A DNA stretch of 64,000 nucleotides from Novakomyces olei. Lineage: Eukaryota. Numbering within the stretch: the first letter of the stretch is position 1; every line of letters begins with the position of its first letter. Positions 53,138-64,000 of this stretch are shown here, in pieces. Below the pieces are notes generated by a model. It was not told the DNA's origin. It did no database searches and saw only the letters and a list, made by a program, of their open reading frames with translations. The translations under genes were made by a program, and so were the position numbers. Where the stretch lies: NCBI GenBank assembly GCA_016906335.1, contig JADEYG010000012.1, positions 372,001-436,000 on the forward strand, written 5' to 3'.

Positions 53138-54643
53138 GGTCGATAACGGCAGCCGAATGTATCTGAATAATACAAAATAAAATAATTTAGAAAAAGTTTG
53201 TTCGATTAGATCAAACAATGGTTTCAAATAGCCTTCGCTTTTTTGTCTTTGATGCTTCACAGATTTCAAACCGGCCGGCTCAAATGACAGATATAAAGAA
53301 ACCTTTGAATATATTCCAACCCGACCTATTGTCCCAGGCCTTTATTTGACAGCAATGAAATTTCGAGATACGATTTTCTTTTCAAAAAATCATTGTAGAC
53401 AATTTCTCTTCTTTTTCTTCTTTTGATCCTGCAATCACAACTGCGCCAGAAATCCGGGTAAAGTTGAGCTATGCGCACCGCAATTACACCGGCAAAAGGT
53501 CCTTTAACTGAAGAATATTCGAATTCAGCTGCCGTGCATAAAAAGCACGTTACCGCGGGAGTGAAACGTCTCTTGGCTTTAAACAGCCTTTGATAAGGGA
53601 GTTTAGTATCGATGAGTTGCTGACTCTGAAATTCTTTAAGAATATTATGCTGATTATAGGCGTTGTCAAGTATCAATGAAAAAGGTATTTATTCGAATAA
53701 TGGCCAAAAAAACCGAGATTTATCGGTCAGATTTAATTAATGTGAACTCCAAATATTATCGCCCCTGTACTTTACTCTTTATATTCTTTTTATTATACTA
53801 AAAAGCCTCGAGATGTATACAGAAAGATCTACAGATAATTGTAGTTGGATTCGAGTGGACTCCACATCCCGACAGGCGTATTCCAGAAACAGCGTTAGCA
53901 TTGCTCCTTGTGATTTGAAACTTGCAATCTGACTCCCAATGTATCAGATTCGCTTGAGCCTAGTATTGAACAACATAAATTTCTCGCGGACACAAACCTT
54001 TATTTGATGAAAAACTAAATAATCCAATTGAAAAAACGTGTCGAAAGTCCACCTTTTCCTATAATCACTATCAAACACGCGAGAATTAATAGCCTTGCCG
54101 TATAATAAAGGACAGATTTATGGCATTTATAATCTGTTGTACGCATGGAATAATACTCGATATATTTGAGTCATTTGAGTCAATGTATTCGAGGCCAAAC
54201 GCAATCCTGAAGCCTTGAATAAAGAAAGCAAAATCCTGTCTAGTCGATGTACCCTCACAACTCGAAACGAACGTCATCCTAACCTCTATGTAAATAGACT
54301 CAATGACATCATTATACAAAGTGTATGACAGTAAATCAAGCCTTACATTTAAGCCCATACATTAGCGGCGAACGGCGTTGTCGCTACCCCAGTTTTAGTA
54401 TCCTGCAGCCTTTTTTACCCAAAGGCCGACCAAATAAAAGCACGTTGTAGTGCAAAAGCCATTACTATTACGGCAGGTTTGCCTAGTTTTTTCCAACGCG
54501 CAATTGAAGCGGTCTGGTGAGTAGACTGCCGTACTATTTAAGCTGCAAAGTTTAAATTTCCATTGCAAGCGTCAACGTGGTTGCTATTCGAATATCCGAG
54601 TAATTATTGATCGAGTCTAAGTCGAGTCTATTGGCTGCAAAAT

Positions 54644-56036
54644 ATGGTAACTACACGCAGCCGGGCACACACAATCTCCGAAAACGATGGTGACAAGTCG
54701 GCAGCCGGATATCACGGTTTGGGGAAAGCCGGGGAGAAACAGAAGAATAAGCAAGCAGTGAGTAAAGAAGCAGACAACGAGGAAAAGGAAAATCCTGGAC
54801 AAGGGAAAGAAGAAGAACAGCAGAATAAAAAAGAAAATTGGCCAAAGACCCAACAAGCCGATACTGTGAAGGAAGAGAACCAGGAAACCAAAGGAACGGA
54901 TAAAACTGCCGGCGATAAGGAAAACGAATCCGATTTAAACAAAGGCAAGGAAATACCCGACCAACAAAATGATGAAAATCAACAGTTTAAATCCAAAGAT
55001 AAAGAGACTGGTGAAGCACATGCATCCAAACGTCGCAAGACTGTGGAACCGTGAGTCGAATTGTATAATGAATAAAGCGGGCACTAATAATTACAGAGCT
55101 GAAGTCTTGGAAAAAGGTCTTATTTACGTATTCTACAGACCGCGTGTGTCGGTTGATAAAGTTGAGTCTGTACAAGATGTGCAGAGATCGTTTCTTATCT
55201 TGGAACCGCTATCAGAACCAGATTCTGCTAACTTAGACAGCAAAGAGGTTTCTCAAAAACTGCGCAATGAACACAGTAAACACGAACTCGTAGTATTGGA
55301 ATTACCAAAGAAACGGTTTCCTTCAACGGGGGACCGGTTTTTTTCCTTTGTTGCACAGGAATCGGAAAGTGTTGCTGAGATCAGAAAAGGACTCGAAAGT
55401 CGCCGTTACGAAACAAAGACTCGAGGTGAAAGGGAGGAGCAAGCCGCTCGGCCTCTTTGTGAAGGCGTTTACGCACTCGTACGTCATAATCGGTCCACTC
55501 ATTTGTTTTACGTAATGTCGGAGCCAGAGCCAATAAGGGTAACGTAGAAAAAAAGAAAAGAAACCAAATACCATCTAACACATCATTCCAGGAAGCCCAA
55601 GAAGAGTTCGGGATACAGGAGCGCGGATCACTTATTATTAGCGTCCGAAACCCAGAGACACCGAGTCCACCGCAAGCTCAGCTTTCTGAAAAGCCCCAAT
55701 TCCCTAAGGAGTAAGCTCTTAAGATCAATGATATGTACCGGCTAACACAATCGTTCTTTATGCAGATTGCAAGACAAATTTGAGGGTCTGCGATGGCTTC
55801 CTGCTGAGCCAGATCTTTTACGGTACACAAATGCCGTAGTCCTTTTGATTGGAGAGCGTAGATTCAAAAAGGACGAAGCTGATCTAGACGCAACGCTTGA
55901 TGATCTGCTCCAAATGGAGCATGAAAATGAAGAGCGAATGCAAAGAGACAAAAGTCAAGATAGCCTTTTTGCTGATCTTGGATTGGCACCGAGCGAATTT
56001 GATTCTGTGCCAGTAGAGGAAGGCAAACTCGAATGA
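54644..56036 (+). CDS. Conserved hypothetical protein with a charged low-complexity N-terminus; 4 exons
   Basis: LEKGLIYVFYRPRV, YETKTRGER, ARPLCEGVYALV and GSLIISVRNPE blocks; canonical introns join ORFs 54644, 54969 and 55767. Confidence 0.75.
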
Positions 56037-56153
56037 ATAGGAGCGAGTGTGCGAGTGATACGACCACAAAATAATTGGCGAAACGCCTTTCCCATAAACA
56101 TTCATCAAAAAATAGGCTTTGCTAAAATACTCCGACCCAGATTCGAACGTAGT

Positions 56154-56511
56154 TCAAGAGGCAAGCTTTTTCTGGGCATTCGATAACCGTAATTCTGCCT
56201 GCTGAAGAGTAGACAGCGCAATCTGCAGCCGTGTCCGTATATCTTTAATTTTGTTGTATGTAGGCGCCAGATTTGGAACATGTGCAGCTTCGATGTACGA
56301 CTTCAATGCTGCTTGTCAGACACAATTAACGTGGTATTTGCTCCTTACTATGTTCCATCTGCTGAAGTTCCGCTGCTAAACGATCTTGAGCCGTGGTCAT
56401 TTGCAAAAACTGTTCCTGCAATTGGTGCACTGCAGGATCTACCACACTGTGAAGTGCAACGACAAGACGGCCCTGTTCGTCGGCCATTCTGTCTTGTGCT
56501 AATGCTGGCAT
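56154..56511 (-). CDS. Snapin/Snn1-like BLOC-1 subunit (small coiled coil); 2 exons
   Basis: Spliced translation ..VVDPAVHQLQEQFLQMTTAQDRLAAELQQMEHT|LKSYIEAAHVPNLAPTYNKIKDIRTRLQIALSTLQQAELRLSNAQKKLAS*. 40-nt intron GTAAGG..CTGAC..CAG. Confidence 0.65.
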
Positions 56512-57209
56512 TATGCTCAACGCGTATTACGCTGATATTAAGGGAGCTATTTTATTACAATTCATATAAATAAATTAAATTAAATTAAATTAAAATATTA
56601 TGAAATAATATTGTAACCAGTATTACAGACATGATAGTCACAAGCATTATCGTTATGGTGAATCCCAATAGAGAAAATAATAAATTATATTAAACATAAA
56701 ACAGAAATAATAAAAATAACAAATCACTGGTAGAATACGAAACTGCGATATGGCCAGTTTTGCTTGGTTTAATTGCTGATTGGCGTTGGCAAATAGCCAG
56801 AGTCGCAGTAATGCCGCATGCACAAAGGTACTACTGGACGTCAATGGTGTTGAACACTATATGCAAACAAATTGAGGATATGACTATACAAAGCTTTATG
56901 TAATTTAATGATAAATACGGATGGCATACGCCCATCCTGCCTTATCGTCCACTTTTGAGCTCGAAATGTTCAATTAAGATTTGAGCTATTAAACGAAATA
57001 ACGAAACAACACCTTGACCCTCAACCACAATACTCATTATATTTTTTGGCCGCCGAACAAGTCTATTCGGCTCGCGCCGTTGCCAGAGCACGAAATTCTA
57101 AACAATGCAAATCCTGCTCCTCATTACCATTTTCACTGATTGGGTGTGGAGAGCGATCATAGTTCTCGTGTGCGAAAAACTCCTTGATTGAATCCGAGAA
57201 AGCAACGTG

Positions 57210-57473
57210 CTAAATATTAGTATAAGACTGTTGAACTTTGGCAGCTACCTTTTTCAAATGTAAACACAATGGAGCATAAACTGATTTTTTTTGGTCGCGT
57301 TTGCTGCAATTGTGACGGCGATTAGCCATTGGCGCCACAGGCGTTGTTGGCACACTGTCATCTCCGGTGTCTGAGGACGCGACCGATCGCGGAGACGAGA
57401 ATAATGAAGGAAGCGATTCCGTAGAAGACAAGGACTGCTGCTGGTATGACGGAGGCTCGTACCGAATAATCAT
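57210..57473 (-). CDS. Possible small Ser/Pro-rich hypothetical protein
   Basis: ORF MIIRYEPPSYQQQSLSSTESLPSLFSSPRS...; an upstream minus-strand GTGAGT..CAG intron-like segment (~57756-57818) suggests a transcript. No family recognised. Confidence 0.35.
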   Translation of the reverse strand: MIIRYEPPSYQQQSLSSTESLPSLFSSPRSVASSDTGDDSVPTTPVAPMANRRHNCSKRDQKKSVYAPLCLHLKKVAAKVQQSYTNI

Positions 57474-58394
57474 TTTGTCAAGTAGACGAATTGAGCCTAA
57501 TTCAATGTATAACAATCCTTTCTTTGGGTGTAGTGAAATTTGCGCTGTATGCAAATCTGCCGGTAATCCAGCAAATAAATCTGTATCGCCTTAAAGCCCA
57601 CTTTGCACAATGTATTCGCTTCTGAATCCTAGTTTCGAGAATCTCGTTGCGAGATATCAATTATGAGCGCAGTAAGTTTGACAAGTCTGAGCCCTTCAAT
57701 GCATTCTGTGGCAGAGTGAACGATAGATGACTCGCAATATCTTTGCGCCAGACACCTGGTTTGTTTTGATTGTAATATATATTGTTTATTTATTATTTAT
57801 TTGGTGATCGAGACTCACCTTCTTTCCTTTTGCGGACTATGCTTCTGTGCAGGGTTTTCTTACGCACATCAATGGCTCGGGTAGACCTAATTTAGCGCGA
57901 TAATTTCACGCCTCAGGTATTATGTCTATTTTAGGACTAATTTAGGACAAAACTGTCCCAATGGGACTAGTGTGTAATTAAGACCAAGTAATCAAGGGTT
58001 AGCCTTAACGCGTATCGATCGCGAGCCGCAGTGGGGACAAATAATGTACTGTGAAAATGATACTATAGTACGATAATAATGCTACACTAAAATATCGATA
58101 CCAGCTTGGTAATATTTGTACGTGTTAAATGTGCACTCGTATCATAACTTTAATTGTTGGGTATTTAAAGAATACGTTGTGGGCAGATTACGTTTAGGCT
58201 AATTATTTCATTTGGTGCCTCTGTACTATATAAACTTTATGCCTTTTTAACGGGTCAACAACGGTCTCTGTTTCACATAGGACAGTGCGCAGATCTTAAC
58301 TTGCTGAATTGGTACTGCGTCCGCCTACCTCCTACGTGTTTTTTATTTTTTGGTCTTATTTTCCATACTAAATTTATCGCGAAATGTTCAATAT

Positions 58395-58737
<343 letters not shown>

Positions 58738-58750
58738 GGTTATGAGCCTG
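58738..58750 (+). other. Primer-binding site complementary to the initiator tRNA-Met anticodon stem-loop
   Basis: GGTTATGAGCCTG directly after the 5' LTR; the reverse complement CAGGCTCATAACC contains the CAT anticodon. Same type as in Ty5 and Drosophila copia. Confidence 0.85.
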
Positions 58751-58829
58751 GAAGGTGATTGTTGAATTTCAAACTCAAGATACCGCTCGCTGTCTTTTAA
58801 TAAAACTATTTCTCTTATTCAAAGCTCAA

Positions 58830-59786
58830 ATGGCTGATGTCAATGTCACCCCCGGACAGGCATCTAGCATCAGAAATAATACTATTATTCTTGGAGTCAT
58901 CCCTCAATTGAAAGATTGGCATTCCTATCTGGAGTGGAGAATTAAAATCAAAAATAGACTTGAATTACATGGCCTTTCATCGCTGCTAGACAATTCTGTC
59001 GACACAACTACAGTGTCGAATGTGAGCACACTAATAGTCACGGCTGAACTAGTCGAAGCAATAAGTGGGGATCTTCTTGGACCCCGAATCGAAGGGCTCA
59101 AAACCCCTCAAAAACTATTTGAACTACTGGACACCGAATTCGAAAAAAGAAAGCATCAAGTGACCGAATCCATTGTATCAAAATTTATGAATCCGTCGAA
59201 ACTATGGAATGGAGACCCGGAAAACTTTATTACGGAATACAGAAAACAAATCGTAAATTTAGTTCGACTCGGCTACACGGAACTCACCTACTTTGCCTAT
59301 TGCGGCATACTTTCTGCAATACCTCGCGACATTGCAAATACAATCCGACACAACGTGAGCTCCACTATTAATTCTGAGACCCACGTATTTGATCTACTTG
59401 ACCTTATCGATAATGAACTAATTTATTACACAATGGATAAGACTTCCTATTCCGGAAATGGAGCCCACCATATTCCTGTTCGAGGAGAAGAATCTACCTA
59501 TCATATCAACAGATCAAATCAAAATTTCAAAAGTGGAAACAATGGATATAGCGATAAGGCTGAGAGACAGTCTAAAAAGTCTGTTAACAAATGCGGTTAC
59601 TGCGATAAGAATGGCCACAAAACAAATGACTGCTTTAAGAATCCTAATGGGAAAAACGCAAGATACTGTAACAATTGCAGAATATATGGACATTTGACAA
59701 AAGATTGCAGAAAACATGAATACAAAAATTCAAAAAAACAATCGGTGTATAACGTAAAGATTAACAATACTGAGCCTATCCTGTGA
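58830..59786 (+). CDS. gag: Gag with two CCHC zinc knuckles
   Basis: LKDWHSYLEWRIKIKNRL copia Gag N-terminus; CGYCDKNGHKTNDC and CNNCRIYGHLTKDC; ends TGA at 59784-59786. Confidence 0.92.
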   Translation: MADVNVTPGQASSIRNNTIILGVIPQLKDWHSYLEWRIKIKNRLELHGLSSLLDNSVDTTTVSNVSTLIVTAELVEAISGDLLGPRIEGLKTPQKLFELLDTEFEKRKHQVTESIVSKFMNPSKLWNGDPENFITEYRKQIVNLVRLGYTELTYFAYCGILSAIPRDIANTIRHNVSSTINSETHVFDLLDLIDNELIYYTMDKTSYSGNGAHHIPVRGEESTYHINRSNQNFKSGNNGYSDKAERQSKKSVNKCGYCDKNGHKTNDCFKNPNGKNARYCNNCRIYGHLTKDCRKHEYKNSKKQSVYNVKINNTEPIL

Positions 59787-62700
59787 CTAGGTAACAAAGG
59801 GACACCTGGAGATATCACTGAGTGGATTCTCGATACAGGGGCCACTAGTCACATATGCTCAGATATCAAATACTTTAATAAAATAAATTACATCAGATCC
59901 ACTATTCAAACAGGGAAGGACAATTGCTCTCCCGTATCAGGAATTGGAACAATAATTTTAAAAGTTAGGGATGACCTGGGATCAACGCTGATCCTATCAA
60001 ACGTCTTATATGCCCCTAAGTACGGCACAAATTTATTCAATCCGCTCATTCTACAGGCATTCAGTGGAAAAAATTCCATGACAATTGCCGAATCTAAGTT
60101 AACGTTAATGAGCAACGCAAAACCAATTATGCGACTCAAGAAAAATAATAATATATTTTATTTCACTGCAAAACCAATCTATCATAACGAATACATTTCA
60201 AATTCTGTTACTGAAGATAGTGCCGAAAAGGCAAAACTGTGGCACGAAAGGCTAGGCCACACAAATAAACAGTACCTGCTAGAGCTGATAAACGGAAAAG
60301 CCACAGGGAAAATACAATTAATTAAAATCAACGATATTGAACCATGTCATACATGTACAACAGCAAATATAACTCGGGAACCCTTCCCAAATACGGGGAG
60401 AAGCAGACCAACAGGTCTATTTGACCTGGTGCACAGCGACGTGTGCGGGCCTATCAATCTAAATTCTGAATTTAATTACAAATACTTCGTTACATTTATA
60501 GAAGACCTGTCGGGCTTCACGTTCATAAAATTGATGAAGAATAAAAATGAAGTCACCCAAATCTTCGCAGAGTTAATTCCATTTGTTAAAACACAATTTG
60601 GAAAAATGATAAAAACATTAAGAACAGACAACGGTCTGGAATACATCAATGCCGAAATTCATGAACTGTGCAAAAAACATGGCATTATACACCAAACTAG
60701 CACCGCTTACACTCCACAGCAAAATGGAGTAGCGGAACGCGCAAATCGAACAATATTATCGAAGGCACGAAGCCTACTACTAGCACGCAAAGTCCCGATA
60801 AAATTCTGGAGTGATGCTGTGGTCACTAGTTGCTACCTGAAAAATCGACTACCAACTAGAATAGCACCAAAGACTCCGTACGAAACAATCTACAAAAGAC
60901 CTCCGAATCTGGACAATCTGAAAGTGTTTGGTTGCTTGGCAATAGCACTGGACAAGCACGCCAATAACAAAACCAAGCTGGAACAAAGAGGAGATGAATA
61001 CATTTTTATCGGCTACTCTGAAACACAGAAAGGCTACATACTGTCCAATCTCAAAAATGGGAAAAGAATCGTATCTCGAAATGTCAAATTCCTTGAAAAC
61101 GAACAGATTAATAATTCCACTGCTACTGATTATAATGAAAATCAAATATACAGCGAACTTACATACAAAAATAATACTGAAGCCGATACGGAGAATAAAA
61201 GGGACCACGACACAACTCATCCCACGCAAGGGATCAACACAACTATAATTGACAATCTACCAAAGCTAAGTAGTGAACTGTCAAACAAGGTACCTGAACA
61301 AATCAAATCGCCAAATAGTCTATCAAATACTCTCGAAACGCCCCAAACTCCGCCTGATGATACGTTAAATATTAACAAAAATTCTGAAAATCCCACGCAA
61401 GCCAATTCTGAGGAAAATCAGTCATCTGACAACCTAAAGGACTCGATCGAAGACTCAACAGAGCCAAGTGGAAATAAATCAAATACAGACGATGAGGAAA
61501 GTGACGACCCTCAATCAAACATGGAAATTGACAATAATTTAAAGAACATTGAATCAAAAAATAATTCTATAATTGAAATAGAAGAGGAACCAAGCCTAGA
61601 GCTTATCAGCCCAGGAAATCAACCTGCGCGAAAAAGAAAAACGTCATCAGAGCAACTAGGAGACGAAAAATTCAGAAAAATAGACCCGCTGCAGGAAATC
61701 CTTTCTGGTGAAAGAAAATTAAATCTTGAAGGGATCTCCAAAGAAAAATTGAAGAAAATCCTTCCCCCCCTTTTCCTTAAAAATGGTCAAAGGAAAATAT
61801 TAAACAGACCCAAAGGAGGCGTTAATCACATTGAAGCTCCTGACATTGAGCCTCAAAATTACAATGAAGCAATCACTGGGCCATTTGGGAATCAGTGGAA
61901 AGAAGCAATAAATAAAGAACTAAAAGCAATGGAAAGAAATGAAGTATGGAAAGTCGTTCCCCAATCACAAAATATACGTACAGTTGGATGCAGATGGGTG
62001 TTTAAACTGAAACAAGGAGAACAGTCGAATGAAATAATTAGAAAAGCAAGACTAGTAGCACAAGGGTACTCACAGATTTTTGGAAAAGACTATGAAGATA
62101 CATACGCCCCAGTCGCTCGTCCTGACAGCATACGGTGGTTATTAGCCTACAGCGTAATTAAAAATTATGAAATCTATCAAATCGACGTGGATACAGCCTT
62201 CCTATATGGTACACTAAAGGAGTCAGTGTACATGAAAAAACCCGATGGAGTGAAATTAAACCCGGCCTTGTCCTAAAATTAAACAAAAGTCTCTATGGTC
62301 TCAAACAGGCACCAAGATCGTGGAACAGTGAACTGGATTCTACATTGACAAAATACGGTCTAACAAAATCAAACAAAGATTCTGCCATATATTACAATGA
62401 CTCTTTAATTATTGCTGTCTACGTAGATGACCTCATGATCGTCGAAAAACAGAAAGGAAAGAGACTTGAATTTGAATCCTTTTTGAAAACATTTTACTCC
62501 ATCAAGTCACTTGGAAAAATAAAGAGATATCTTGGTATGGACATTACATATGATCGCGACAAAGGAATACTCAAATTGTCACAGTCACAATTTGCTAAGT
62601 CAATTATACGCACTTACGGAGACACTAACCTAAAATACATAAGTCAGCCCATCACAAACATCAATTCACTCTATCATCCCGCGGTTGAAAATTATGATTG

Positions 62701-63375
62701 TCTGGAAATCTATCCAACTATTATAGGAAAATTAATATATTTGACCGAATGGACAAGACCAGACCTCAGATTTGCAATAAGTATGTTAAGCAAACATACA
62801 AAAAGACAAAATGAAGAACAAATACAGGCCTTAAAACACACTATGAGATATCTAAACGCTACACTGGACACATGTATCACCTACACTAGAGAAAATGATC
62901 TACAGATACACTCGTGGGGCGACTCTGATTTCGCCGGAGACACTTGCGACAGAAAATCCCGATCAGGATACGTTGTCTCACTAGGAAAAATAACGGCCCA
63001 ATAGCCTGGAACTCGCAAAAGCAAAAAATTGTAACACCAAGTACAATGATGGCGGAGTTCGAAGCTATGAAACTAACAGTCAATCAAGCCTTGTACTACA
63101 AATATCTAATGGACGAAATTAATAAAGGGCCCGATAACATCCCAATCGTCTACTGCGATAACAACGCCTGCATATTACTTGCAACTAATGGTGGAAACTA
63201 CCAGGGTTCAAAACATCTAAGTAACACCTGCTACTATGTGATGGATATTGTGAGAAATGGACTGATAAGCATACAGAGATGCCCCTCACGAAACATGAAG
63301 GCAGATGGATTGACCAAGAACCTACTTGGAAACAAATTCACTAAATTTACAAAAATGCTATACAATGAAGAATAA
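59787..63375 (+). CDS. pol: Pol (protease, integrase, RT, RNase H), in frame with gag after one TGA; two 1-nt frame breaks in this sequence
   Basis: WILDTGATSHIC protease; WHERLGH..CHTC and D-D-E integrase; KARLVAQGYSQ, SLYGLKQAPRSW and YVDD RT; DSDFAG..CDN..ADGLTK RNase H. Frame breaks near 62260 and 62988. Confidence 0.92.
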
Positions 63376-63420
63376 CAAAAAAAAATAAATACAAGAATAC
63401 AAAAAGGAAATAAAAGATTC

Positions 63421-63428
63421 AAGGGGAG
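63421..63428 (+). other. Polypurine tract
   Basis: AAGGGGAG, within a longer purine-rich run, abuts the 3' LTR. Confidence 0.85.
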
Positions 63429-63774
<346 letters not shown>

Positions 63775-64000
63775 AATATATATAATTCAAGGATCAATTT
63801 CTACTCCTTTAACTAAATTGAACGTTCAAGGATATATTAATGATCAGCCTGTCTCAAAATGATTATTGCTCAAATAGTTTCGGCTCCATGTGATTAAGAA
63901 CACGGAAACGTCTTTTGAAAAAGAGTAATAGATATAAAATTCAAATGCACCTCTTTACCCTGCTCGTTCTATTCACACTGCCAAATTCGTTTGGTCTGCC

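Noticed and set aside
62250-62270. Programmed -1 frameshift inside RT
   Set aside because: A TTA AAC is not a canonical X XXY YYZ heptamer, the break is mid-domain, and a second similar homopolymer break follows; an indel is the simpler explanation.

Overview
Gene-dense, intron-rich fungal (ascomycete) genomic DNA. The very short introns, Cut12-like and NRDE2-like genes and TTAGGG promoter boxes suggest an early-diverging, Taphrinomycotina-like lineage (inference). About 25 host genes are supported: PIG-Y-like, TFB5, a divergent TPI-like/RpiB pair next to a Zn2Cys6 factor and an MFS transporter (candidate erythritol/tetritol catabolism cluster), GCN2, Cut12-like, RBG2/DRG2, the SNO/SNZ vitamin B6 pair, a USP-type protease, a 64-aa ...REGGA microprotein, NRDE2, an amino-acid transporter, two more transcription factors, PDE2, 6-phosphogluconolactonase, COQ1 and Snapin-like. 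The window ends with a complete, young Ty1/copia LTR retrotransposon (58395-63774; AATAT target-site duplication). Its gag and pol are in the same frame, separated only by a TGA in the known readthrough context TGA-CTAG. It has a half-tRNAiMet primer site, and each LTR carries a ~100-bp (TAA)n microsatellite. Exon boundaries were read by eye and no database searches were run.
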